Below, piece by piece: positions 19,076 to 28,192 of a stretch of 64,000 bases of DNA. The notes below the pieces were generated by a model. That model saw nothing but the letters and a program-made list of their open reading frames with translations, was not told the DNA's origin and ran no database searches. Source of the stretch: an uncultured virus (IMG/VR IMGVR_UViG_3300035670_000036) (Duplodnaviria; Heunggongvirae; Uroviricota; Caudoviricetes); IMG/VR virus record IMGVR_UViG_3300035670_000036; one strand, written 5' to 3'. Numbering within the stretch: the first letter of the stretch is position 1; the number at the start of each line of letters is the position of its first letter. A program made the translations under genes and the position numbers.

Positions 19076-19666
19076 ATGGCATTTATAAACTCTCCATTTA
19101 AATATTTTAACCCTAAGCAGCAGATGAGATATGTCCTCTATATCAATGATAGAGGAATGGACATCCCTACTTACATGGTTAAAACAGCGGATAGGCCTTC
19201 GATTGATCAAAACCCAGTAACTGTAGATTATATCAATACAGAATTTAAGGTTAAAGGTAAGTCGAGATGGCAAGATATCTCTGTTACATTATACGACCCA
19301 ATTGAAGTAAACGGAGCTAGACTTTTACATGACTGGATTAGTAAACTTCACCACAACTCCGGATTACTTCAACCCAACACAGGATTGGTAACTCCTGGAG
19401 AAGATGGGTATATCTGGGAATATAAGAGAACATTGAGATTTGAGGCAGTTAGCCCTCATGGAGACGCTGTAGATCAGTTCCTATTGTATGGAGCTTTTAT
19501 TGCAGATGCTAAGTGGGGCAACATGGATTTATCTTCGGATGATTTAAATATGTTGGATTTAACGATAACTTATGATTACGCAACTATGCCGGCCGTACAA
19601 AATGCAAATGTGCCAGTTAGAGACGTAGATTCATCGGTACCTTTAACAAGACCTGTCGCAGGATAA
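19076..19666 (+). CDS. Tail tube protein (gp19-like), paralogue 1
   Basis: Follows the sheath; PKQQMRY, VKGKSRWQDISVTLYDP, YKR, GAF, LTITYDYA. Confidence 0.85.
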   Translation: MAFINSPFKYFNPKQQMRYVLYINDRGMDIPTYMVKTADRPSIDQNPVTVDYINTEFKVKGKSRWQDISVTLYDPIEVNGARLLHDWISKLHHNSGLLQPNTGLVTPGEDGYIWEYKRTLRFEAVSPHGDAVDQFLLYGAFIADAKWGNMDLSSDDLNMLDLTITYDYATMPAVQNANVPVRDVDSSVPLTRPVAG

Positions 19667-19678
19667 TTAATAATAAAT

Positions 19679-19706
19679 CACAGAGGTGCATCAGTGCACC
19701 TCTGTG
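19679..19706 (+). terminator. Perfect 12-bp hairpin between tube paralogues 1 and 2 (terminator, processing or stability element)
   Basis: CACAGAGGTGCA-tcag-TGCACCTCTGTG; only a weak T tract follows. Confidence 0.6.
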
Positions 19707-19720
19707 CTTATAAAATACAC

Positions 19721-20428
19721 ATGGCATTTACACACAAACCTTTTAAATATTTTAACCCGAAACAGCAAATGCGTTTTGAGTTATATATGCAAGCGGATCC
19801 ATTCGGTCCTTTTTTTCCTACGTATGCCATAAAATCAGCGGAAAGACCTACTTTAGAAAATAATCACATCACAGTAGATTATATAAATACAGAATTTCAC
19901 GTTAAAGGAAAATCAAGATGGCAGCCCATAACAATACGATTTTATGATCCAATTGAGGATAATGGCGCTAAGATGTTACATGATTATATTAATAATTATC
20001 ACCACAATTCAGGCACAACAGGAACATCTTTCAATCTTTTAACTCCAGGAGAAGATGGATTTATACATGAATATAAAAGAACATTATATTTAAGATCACT
20101 ATCACCTCATGGAGATGTTGTAGATTCTTTTTTGTTAGTAGGAGCATTTTTTGACTCTGTTAAGTGGGGAGAATTTGACATGTCTAGTGATGATTTAGTA
20201 TTGATGGAAGGAACAATAGTGTATGATTATGCTATGGTTAGAGGAAGTAAGATTAAACTTCCTGATGTTGAAGGACCGGGATTAGATGGAGGAGGAACCA
20301 ATTTAGGAAATCAATTAAAAGACGCAGCCATAAATATTGGGAAAGGAGCCGCACAAGCAGCAGCTAACGCCGGAATAAGTGCATTAGGTGATTTGATAGG
20401 CGGAGGTGGAAGAGGCGGAAGGAACTAG
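19721..20428 (+). CDS. Tail tube protein, paralogue 2 (start reassigned to 19721)
   Basis: MAFTHKPFKYFNPKQQMR parallels paralogue 1 (MAFINSPFKYFNPKQQMR). The two share TVDYINTEF.VKGKSRWQ, HHNSG and TPGEDG. Gly-rich C-terminal extension. Confidence 0.85.
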   Translation: MAFTHKPFKYFNPKQQMRFELYMQADPFGPFFPTYAIKSAERPTLENNHITVDYINTEFHVKGKSRWQPITIRFYDPIEDNGAKMLHDYINNYHHNSGTTGTSFNLLTPGEDGFIHEYKRTLYLRSLSPHGDVVDSFLLVGAFFDSVKWGEFDMSSDDLVLMEGTIVYDYAMVRGSKIKLPDVEGPGLDGGGTNLGNQLKDAAINIGKGAAQAAANAGISALGDLIGGGGRGGRN

Positions 20429-20464
20429 TTTTCTTTGTTTTGTATTAATTTTAAGTTTTTAATA

Positions 20465-20472
20465 TATTTATT
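20465..20472 (+). promoter_or_regulatory. TATTTATT intergenic motif (putative late promoter)
   Basis: 10 bp upstream of the ATG at 20483. Confidence 0.4.
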
Positions 20473-20482
20473 ATAAAAAGAA

Positions 20483-21244
20483 ATGGCTAAATCTACGCCA
20501 ATATTTAGGCAAAAAAAAATAGACAAAACAGTAGCTTTTGATTCTACAGGAGCTTCTGAATATACTCAATATAGACCTTTCGCCTATTTTGAACCTAAAT
20601 TAAAAAATAGGTTTGTTCTTTATTTAGATGTCCAAGGAATTTACATACCTACATATCTAGTAAAATCTGCGACTAAGCCCGGATTCAGTTATGAAAATAT
20701 AGAGTTACAGTACATAAATACAAAAACCAACTTTAAAGGAAAAATGACTTGGGACCCAATAGAGATAGTTCTATACGACCCTGTAGCTGCACACACATTC
20801 TCCCCTAAAGCCTTAAACAATCCTTTTGTAGATCCTTTATCAAGTTCAGAAGACGTAAATAATGATTCTTCCGTCTTAGTATATGAATGGATAATGAGCT
20901 CACATTCTAATTATTTAAAAGGTAGAGAATATGCATTAGAAACTTACAAAAAAACATTAATACTAGAAACATTAATGCCTAGAACTAATATTCAATCTGA
21001 AAGATGGGAAATACATGGAGCTTATGTTTCAGCGGTTAAGTGGGGAGATTTAGATATGTCAGACGATTCTTTATCTACAGTATCTGTAACAATTATGTAT
21101 GATTATGCGTTAATAAAAGACGCTAACGAAAGAAAGGTCATTCCTTACAATAAAGAGCGTATTAATCCATTACAGACACTACCTGATTCTATTAAATCTC
21201 TAAATCAAAAAATTCCATCGGTAGGATTAGTACCTAGAGCTTAA
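20483..21244 (+). CDS. Tail tube-like protein, paralogue 3
   Basis: FEPKLKNRF, IPTYLVKS, YINT..FKGKMTWDPI..LYDP, YKK, GAY...WGDLDMS, YDYA. Confidence 0.8.
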   Translation: MAKSTPIFRQKKIDKTVAFDSTGASEYTQYRPFAYFEPKLKNRFVLYLDVQGIYIPTYLVKSATKPGFSYENIELQYINTKTNFKGKMTWDPIEIVLYDPVAAHTFSPKALNNPFVDPLSSSEDVNNDSSVLVYEWIMSSHSNYLKGREYALETYKKTLILETLMPRTNIQSERWEIHGAYVSAVKWGDLDMSDDSLSTVSVTIMYDYALIKDANERKVIPYNKERINPLQTLPDSIKSLNQKIPSVGLVPRA

Positions 21245-21266
21245 AAATTAAACAAACATAAATATT

Positions 21267-22112
21267 ATGAAACCAGACAGAGAAGTTACATTTAATCAAA
21301 GTCCTAGTGAAGACGGTATGGAAATTCCCACTCCGGTTATTCCAACTGTCCCTTCGGGAAAAAATCAAAATACCCTTATTGTTGATTTGCCCTCTCGAGG
21401 TCTTTTTTACCCCAAAGAAAATCCTTTATCTTCAGGTCAAGTAGAATTAAGATACATGACAGCTAAAGATGAAGACATTTTAACTAATCAGAATTATATT
21501 ATGCAAGGAACAGCTATTGAAAGAATGTTCCGTAATTTGCTTGTATCGGAGATTGATTGGGATGATTTGCTAGTAGGAGACAAAAATGCCATTATGATTG
21601 CGTCTAGGATTGCAGCTTATGGAGATGAGTATGTAATTCAAGTTACTACGCCTTCGGGTAATACTCAAGACACTACAATTAATTTGAGCGAATTAAAACC
21701 TAAATCCATTGACGAATCTGTATTAGTAACCAAGAATAGTAATCTATTTAAACTTACTCTTCCTAAGTCTAAAAAAGAAGTACATGTAAAATTACTTACA
21801 GGCAAAGAAGATAAAGAAATTGATGCTATTGTTAAATCTTACGAGAAAGTAGGAAAAGACCCGGGCTTGTTAACATTAAGATTAAAACACATGATTGTGG
21901 CTCTTGATGGTAATATGGATTTAGTACATATTAGAAATTACATTGATACAGACTTACTAGCAGCGGACAGTAGAGCTATTAGATCATTCATCAGTAAAAT
22001 TCAACCAGATGTTGACTTTAATGTAGAAGTAATAGACCGGTATACCGGGGAGCCATTTCGCGCTCCAATGGTTTTCGATGAAAGATTTTTTTGGCCTGAC
22101 CTCGAGAGATAG
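21267..22112 (+). CDS. Baseplate hub / tail assembly chaperone (T4 gp26-like)
   Basis: LPSRG..Y, YMTAKDEDIL, LLVGDKNAIMIASRIAAYG, DSRAIR; ends FFWPD; upstream of the tape measure gene. Confidence 0.75.
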   Translation: MKPDREVTFNQSPSEDGMEIPTPVIPTVPSGKNQNTLIVDLPSRGLFYPKENPLSSGQVELRYMTAKDEDILTNQNYIMQGTAIERMFRNLLVSEIDWDDLLVGDKNAIMIASRIAAYGDEYVIQVTTPSGNTQDTTINLSELKPKSIDESVLVTKNSNLFKLTLPKSKKEVHVKLLTGKEDKEIDAIVKSYEKVGKDPGLLTLRLKHMIVALDGNMDLVHIRNYIDTDLLAADSRAIRSFISKIQPDVDFNVEVIDRYTGEPFRAPMVFDERFFWPDLER

Positions 22113-22284
22113 ACAGTACATATATGAAGAAGTTTTTCAACTAATTCATTATGGAAAAGGATTTACATATAATGATTTGATGGACATGCCTATATTTATT
22201 AGAAAATTCTTTTACAATCGATTAATGCAGGCTTATGAAGAGCGAAATGAAGCAAATAAAAAAGCATCCAAAAAATCAAGATGA
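22078..22284 (+). CDS. Small tail assembly chaperone partner; possibly the frameshifted extension of the upstream gene
   Basis: Overlaps the upstream gene across a T7 run in the +1 frame; FT..DL.DMP..IRKFF...L resembles small G/T-type chaperone partners. Confidence 0.6.
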   Translation: MKDFFGLTSRDRQYIYEEVFQLIHYGKGFTYNDLMDMPIFIRKFFYNRLMQAYEERNEANKKASKKSR

Positions 22285-22288
22285 TAGA

Positions 22289-22492
22289 ATGAAAGAAATT
22301 CGGGAGGGGATTCTCTCCTCCCTTTTTTCATTATTAGCCATTCCTGCACAATTAAGAATGGTAGGTAGAATGTATAATGCTGCAAAGGAAGATGAGAAAT
22401 TAAAAAAATTAAGAGCTCAAAGATTACAACGTCTACAATCATTAAAACATGATGCTGATTCCAATAACAAACATTTTAAAAAGTATAAATAA
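22289..22492 (+). CDS. Small hypothetical protein
   Basis: ATG at 22289 just after the upstream stop: MKEIREGILSSLF... Confidence 0.5.
   Translation: MKEIREGILSSLFSLLAIPAQLRMVGRMYNAAKEDEKLKKLRAQRLQRLQSLKHDADSNNKHFKKYK
22302..22328 (+). terminator. Terminator-like hairpin with T6 inside the small ORF upstream of the tape measure gene
   Basis: GGGAGGGGA-ttc-TCTCCTCCC (9 bp including one G-U) followed by TTTTTT. Confidence 0.5.
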
Positions 22493-22521
22493 CATCAAAG
22501 ACTTAATAAATATGTGATATA

Positions 22522-25500
22522 ATGGGAAGAAAAGACATAAATGAAATGGCTGAGGCTATATTAGACGAGCTAAAGCATTTTAAAGAAAAGTTTGAGAAGG
22601 CTTATGCAAAATTATATGGAGCACGGGAAAAGGGTAGAAAGAACATAGAGAGTCAGAAAGAAGGCCGCTCTCCAACATTTCAACGTGATATTGACACATA
22701 TTTAAAAGGTCTAGATATAATTTTTAACAAAGAACAAAAAAAATATGAAGACACATTAAGAAATATAGATGATGCTATAGAGGCTGCAGAAAAAGTTAAG
22801 AATAAGGCAAAAAGAGAGACAATACCTACGGAAAAAATCATAGAAGCTATAAACAGTCTTATTCCATTTATAGAGAAAGTATTTATAGACTCTCAATTCA
22901 TAATAAATAGAATAGGAATAATTGATGCATCATACACATTATATAAACAAGAAGAATTAAAACAGGCAGGATTAAACTTTCCTGAGAAAAGGCAATTTTT
23001 AGAAAAAGAATTAGCCGAAATTAAACCTGGTTTAAATATTTCTACAGAATCATTGGGAGCTTTCAAAGCAGCAAGAGGAAGACTTGGAGAGGGTGTAGAA
23101 TCTAGATTATATGATTTAAAAGATAGGAAAAAAAAAGATTGGTTATCTCCAACAGCCCTAGATAGAAAACGAATAGAAGAAGATAAGAAGATTATTGGAG
23201 AACATTTGGCAGATATTAGCCCTGATAATTTACACACTATACCCAAAAAAGTACAAGAAAAAATACAAAACTATATATCCAGTAGAAATATAGCTAGGCA
23301 AGCTGCTAACGATAAGAATGAGCCTTATCCCGAAACAGAAATTGAAAAATTAATATACGCAAAAACAGGAATGAGAGGGGAGGAGATTGTAGGAAGAGAA
23401 ACTTTATTTCCTAAACCAGACACAGAGGGCTTAACAAATAAAACACTGGAAAAAACTTTACCATCACCCGCAAAAGTTGAACCCAAAGTAAACACAGAAG
23501 AAACTTCACCATCACCCGAAAAAGTTAAAAACAAAGTAAAAAGAAAAGTAAAAACAAAAGAAACAATTGAAAAGATTATCCCTGAAGCAGCACTAGGAGT
23601 AAATACATCACCAATCGAAGACGTTATTGCTAATACAGCTCCTGTAGCAGATACTCCAACTTCTAATAAACAATTTTCTTTACCTCCAATTCTTGAAGTA
23701 TTAAGACAGCAACAGGGACTTCCATCATCTTCTTCTATCTATCCTGATCTTTCAAAATTAAATATTAGTGCTATGTCTACTGATATGGCTCCTGAGGTAG
23801 TTGCATCATCACCCGCAGAAGTTGTTTCCAATATGGCTTCCGACGTAGTTGCATCATCCTCGAAAAAAGCCGGAAGTGGAGGAGGTGGAAAAAGAACTGG
23901 AGGTAGGGGTAAAACTAGTGGATCAGGTGGTGCAGGCATAGGCGGTGGCGGTATAGGCAGTACAGGTGGAGGTTCAGGTAGTATAAATATAGGAGAATTT
24001 AAAGGTATAATTGACGTTAGGTTAGTTGATATAAGTACATCAGCAATTAAGCAATTAGATGATTTGTTAGTAAAAGTTTTAAGTAATCCTTCTATTTCAA
24101 TTAAAGGAGGAGGAGGTGGTGGTACAGGAGATATGGACAAACTAGCTGAAGAATTAAAGAAAAGTAGAGAAAGTAATGAAAAACTAGCTCAAATGTCAGA
24201 AGCAAGGAGAAAAGCAGCAAAAGCAGAAGCTACTAAAAAGAAAAAGGAAAAAGAGAAAGAAAAGAAAAGAATAGCAGACCCTAACTCACCAGAAAGTATT
24301 GCAAAAAGAAAGAAAGAAGCAGATGCTGCCGAAAGAGAGCAGAAAAGAAAAGAAAGAGAGCAGAAGAGACTAGACAGAGAAAATCCAGATTCCCCAGAAA
24401 ATATTGCAAAAAGGAATAAAGAAGAAGAAAAAAAGAGAAAAGAAAAAGAAAAGAATAAAAAAGCAAAAAATCCTATAGCTGATCTTGACCCATTCCAAAA
24501 AAGATTAAAGAAAATATATGAAGAAGGTAGGGAAGAAATAACATTATTGTACGCAAAAGTTAACTCCTATTTACCTATATTTACTAATGCTCAAGTAGAA
24601 GCTAAAAAAACAGCATTAAATACACTAAAAGAAGGTTATAGAGCATTTAACATAATATACCAAAGGACAGGAAGTTCTTTTAAAGGTATGATGGCCGCTA
24701 TTAATAAGATGTTTAAGATTTCACCTGCTACTGTTATATTAGCAGGAATGACAGTAGCATTTACAGGAATATTAAGCGCAGCCAATAGATTAAATACTAG
24801 AATAAAAGAAATATCAGCAGAGTTAGGAACATCTAATATGCAATCTTATGAATTGTTTAAGAATGCAATGAATGCCCAAACTCAATATGATAACATGTAT
24901 GCTAGTCTTAGGGATGTCAGAGATGTTCAAAAAGGCATCTTAGGAGATTCAGGCATACTATTACAAACAAATGATAAAGCATTAGCTAGCGTAGCTGATA
25001 ATGCAAAAAATATAGGATTGTCTGTGGAATCTGCCGGTGCATTCTACGAAAATTTAAGAATGAAAGGAGGAAGTGATAAGGAAGCTAGTAATCTTATGGC
25101 CGCTTCATTAGAGCTTGCAGATAAAAAAGGATTTTCTCCTCAATCAATAGTAGATGATATAGCTCAAAATGCCGAATTTGCATCAAAATATTTTTCTAAC
25201 ATCAATAAACACTCTAAATCAGCTCATAGAAATTTAATAGAAACTAATCTACAAGTAAAAGCATTAGGATTAAATTTTCAAAAAGCAGCTAAAATGACAC
25301 AACATTTATTGTCATTTGAGCAAAGTATTGTAGCAGAAGTTGAAGCATCAGTAGCATTAGGAAGACATGTTAATATTGGAAAAGCTAGAGAATTGCTTTT
25401 ACAAGATGACATCGCCGGAGCTATGACACAAATGATGGATACAATGGGAGGCTATGATGAATTTCAAAACATGGATTTTGCCAAGAGACAGCTCATGGCA

Positions 25501-27045
25501 AACGCTATTGGAATGGAAGTATCGGAATTAGAGAAAAGTTTGTATTTAAGAGAAAAGATTGGTTTAAAAGATGCCGAATCCTTAGACGCTGCAATGAGAA
25601 ATAGCGATTATTTAGACAAAGTAGCCGGAAAAGATGCAGAATTATACAAGATAGAAACTAAAAAAGTAATGGCTGCCGAAAGATTTAATACGGCAATAGA
25701 AAAAGTAAGTGTAGCATTTAAATCATCTTTATTACCCATACTAGAAGCAATTATACCTATTGTAGACCACATGGCTTGGGCTATCAATCTTGTTGCAGGA
25801 GGTATTAAAGCTGTAGCTGGATTTCCCGGAAAACTTATAAGTATATTTACTGGTGCGCAAGCAAAACAAGATGGTTCTTCTAATACTCCGGGATTAGATG
25901 CAAGTATGGCAATAGGTATGACTTCTGTAATGGGGGGATTACTACTCAAAACTTTAAGAGGTAAAATAGGAGGTAAAATTGGGGAGGTAGTAGGAAAAGC
26001 TAGAGGGGGGTTAGATGCAGTAACAGGTACTCTTGGTTCTAAGTCTAATCCCATGTATGTTCAGATAGTAGGAGGAGGTGGAGGAGCAGGAGGAATTGGC
26101 GAAATTCTTGATTCCGCAGTCGGTGGTGGTAATAAAGGTGGACGTGCCGGACTTCTAAAAAGAATGTTTACTTCTAAGGACGTAGTAGATAGAGCTAAAT
26201 CTATCCAAAAAATCAGAGACAGTAGATTATCTACACCTAAAACAGGAGCTTTTGCTAAAATAGGTCAATATATGTCCAAAGTAAAGCCTGCAAGCATGAT
26301 TAAACTTGGTGGTGCATTAGCGGTTTTTTCTGCCGGATATGATATTTACAACCGAAAACAGAAAGGACAATCTACTAGTCAAGTAGTTGCAGGAACCGCA
26401 GGAGGAGTTGCAGGAGGTCTTGGAGGAGCCCTCGTAGGCGCAAAAGGAGGAGCACTCTTAGGCGCAGCAATAGGTACTGCTATTGCAGGCCCCGTAGGTA
26501 CCGCTATAGGAGCTGGTTTTGGTGGATTAGTGGGAGGACTTACTGGAGGAATTGCCGGTTCTTATGCTGGTGGTGCTATTGTGGATTCTCAATTTAATAA
26601 AAAACCATCTTCATCTTACGAAACACAGCCATTTCAATATCAAGGAATGGGATTAAGTGCGACAGGATCTATATATGGAGGAGTTAATAAACCTAAAGCT
26701 AAAGGAACACCTGTAGAAACATCTATGGTTGATATGACTCCTACAACTTTTAAAACAATGTCAAGTGGGATATCTGGAATTAGTCCCAACTATGGTACAA
26801 CAACCATGGCTAGAGAGTCCGTAATGGTCAACACTTTGAGTAAAAGTGTAGAAGCTACAGCACTGATGAAATCAGTTAAGGAAAAAAATATAGAAAAAGA
26901 GAAAGCTCATAAAGAAATGATGGAACAGCAACTGAAAATACTAGAATCTATTAGAGAAAAGATAAATCAACCTGCTGTTGCTTTCTTTACTGACGAAGGA
27001 AGACGACAAGTCATAAACCAAAGTAGAGTTAGAAATTCACATTAA
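22522..27045 (+). CDS. Tape measure protein with a long low-complexity N-terminal extension
   Basis: 1507 aa after the chaperone pair; helical core (LLSFEQSIVAEVEASVALGRHVNIGKAR), hydrophobic segments and a Gly-zipper C-terminal region. Confidence 0.8.
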   Translation: MGRKDINEMAEAILDELKHFKEKFEKAYAKLYGAREKGRKNIESQKEGRSPTFQRDIDTYLKGLDIIFNKEQKKYEDTLRNIDDAIEAAEKVKNKAKRETIPTEKIIEAINSLIPFIEKVFIDSQFIINRIGIIDASYTLYKQEELKQAGLNFPEKRQFLEKELAEIKPGLNISTESLGAFKAARGRLGEGVESRLYDLKDRKKKDWLSPTALDRKRIEEDKKIIGEHLADISPDNLHTIPKKVQEKIQNYISSRNIARQAANDKNEPYPETEIEKLIYAKTGMRGEEIVGRETLFPKPDTEGLTNKTLEKTLPSPAKVEPKVNTEETSPSPEKVKNKVKRKVKTKETIEKIIPEAALGVNTSPIEDVIANTAPVADTPTSNKQFSLPPILEVLRQQQGLPSSSSIYPDLSKLNISAMSTDMAPEVVASSPAEVVSNMASDVVASSSKKAGSGGGGKRTGGRGKTSGSGGAGIGGGGIGSTGGGSGSINIGEFKGIIDVRLVDISTSAIKQLDDLLVKVLSNPSISIKGGGGGGTGDMDKLAEELKKSRESNEKLAQMSEARRKAAKAEATKKKKEKEKEKKRIADPNSPESIAKRKKEADAAEREQKRKEREQKRLDRENPDSPENIAKRNKEEEKKRKEKEKNKKAKNPIADLDPFQKRLKKIYEEGREEITLLYAKVNSYLPIFTNAQVEAKKTALNTLKEGYRAFNIIYQRTGSSFKGMMAAINKMFKISPATVILAGMTVAFTGILSAANRLNTRIKEISAELGTSNMQSYELFKNAMNAQTQYDNMYASLRDVRDVQKGILGDSGILLQTNDKALASVADNAKNIGLSVESAGAFYENLRMKGGSDKEASNLMAASLELADKKGFSPQSIVDDIAQNAEFASKYFSNINKHSKSAHRNLIETNLQVKALGLNFQKAAKMTQHLLSFEQSIVAEVEASVALGRHVNIGKARELLLQDDIAGAMTQMMDTMGGYDEFQNMDFAKRQLMANAIGMEVSELEKSLYLREKIGLKDAESLDAAMRNSDYLDKVAGKDAELYKIETKKVMAAERFNTAIEKVSVAFKSSLLPILEAIIPIVDHMAWAINLVAGGIKAVAGFPGKLISIFTGAQAKQDGSSNTPGLDASMAIGMTSVMGGLLLKTLRGKIGGKIGEVVGKARGGLDAVTGTLGSKSNPMYVQIVGGGGGAGGIGEILDSAVGGGNKGGRAGLLKRMFTSKDVVDRAKSIQKIRDSRLSTPKTGAFAKIGQYMSKVKPASMIKLGGALAVFSAGYDIYNRKQKGQSTSQVVAGTAGGVAGGLGGALVGAKGGALLGAAIGTAIAGPVGTAIGAGFGGLVGGLTGGIAGSYAGGAIVDSQFNKKPSSSYETQPFQYQGMGLSATGSIYGGVNKPKAKGTPVETSMVDMTPTTFKTMSSGISGISPNYGTTTMARESVMVNTLSKSVEATALMKSVKEKNIEKEKAHKEMMEQQLKILESIREKINQPAVAFFTDEGRRQVINQSRVRNSH

Positions 27046-27065
27046 ACTATAATATACCATAAATA

Positions 27066-27875
27066 ATGAGCTTATCACTAAGAGATAGAGACAAACGCTT
27101 TACTTTTTCATTCCAAAGAATATCAGCAGGTTCATCAGGAATTGGAAAACCTATAGTATTAATGGCGTATATAAATAATATATCAGATTCTTCATCTCCT
27201 GAATGGGATGAAAGATTAGATATAGGTAGAGCTGATGCAAAAATACTATATAGGAGTTTTAGTAGGACTATCTCATTATCTTTTTCTGTAGTAGTAGAAA
27301 GTGAACTAGACCCTAGACCTGATTTAACGGAGGACCCATTAGACGGAAGATTGTCTTTGAAATCTGCTAATAGAACTAGAAATGGAGTAGAAAGAAGCAG
27401 GATATTAGTAGATCCTTCAACGAGTAATTTAACTAATATCAGAGGAGAGCAAGGAGTTAATATTGGAGGAGCTATACAAAGAGCTAGTGGTACTGAATAT
27501 GCTACAAGACAAGAAGCACTAAACTTAAACGATCAATCTGTACCTTCATCTTTGTCTACTCGTGTAGCTAATATTACATATAAATCAATCACAAGTGGAT
27601 TAACTATAAATACGGTTCTATCAAATTTAAATGAATTGTCTAAGTTAGCACTCCCTACATATAATGGACCTTATGTAGGATCTTATGTCAAATTTTCTAT
27701 AGGTAAACTATATACTAATGAAATGGGTTATATAAAAGGATTAACATTTGAATGGGATAATGCCACTATAGTATGGGATGAAGAAAAAGAATTGCCCATG
27801 ATTACAAATGTGTCTATGGAAATAGGATATATTGGAAAAGTAAAACCTCAAGTATCATCAAACTTTTTTGGATAA
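27066..27875 (+). CDS. Baseplate tube-junction protein (gp48/gp54- or P2 gpU-like)
   Basis: Follows the tape measure gene; W....IGRAD...Y..FSRTISLSF, GYIKGLTFEWD, ELPM. Confidence 0.55.
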   Translation: MSLSLRDRDKRFTFSFQRISAGSSGIGKPIVLMAYINNISDSSSPEWDERLDIGRADAKILYRSFSRTISLSFSVVVESELDPRPDLTEDPLDGRLSLKSANRTRNGVERSRILVDPSTSNLTNIRGEQGVNIGGAIQRASGTEYATRQEALNLNDQSVPSSLSTRVANITYKSITSGLTINTVLSNLNELSKLALPTYNGPYVGSYVKFSIGKLYTNEMGYIKGLTFEWDNATIVWDEEKELPMITNVSMEIGYIGKVKPQVSSNFFG

Positions 27876-28192
27876 TGAATAGATACGAAGAAATAACTAA
27901 TGTAATAAAAGAAGCATCGGGTGTTAGAAGATTTAGCACAACTTATTATTACAGAATACCTGCTAAGACGAGTGATTTTTACATATATTCTAGGGCAGGG
28001 GATAGGTTAGATTTATTAGCAAATGACTATTATGGAGACCCTAGATATTGGTGGATAATAGCTAACGAAAATGATATAGGAAAGGGAACTATAGTACCTC
28101 CAATTGGGATTAGACTAAGAATACCATTTCCTTTAGACATGTTAGAATTAGAAAACTTAAAAAAAGAAGCAATAAATGGCACCTCCTTTTAG
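27875..28192 (+). CDS. LysM-like baseplate protein (P2 gpX / T4 gp53-like)
   Basis: GDRLDLLANDYYGDPRYWWIIANEN...G.RLRIP. Confidence 0.8.
   Translation: MNRYEEITNVIKEASGVRRFSTTYYYRIPAKTSDFYIYSRAGDRLDLLANDYYGDPRYWWIIANENDIGKGTIVPPIGIRLRIPFPLDMLELENLKKEAINGTSF

Noticed and set aside
19694..19720. Upstream GTG start for tail tube paralogue 2
   Set aside because: It lies inside the hairpin; the ATG at 19721 matches the N-terminus of paralogue 1.
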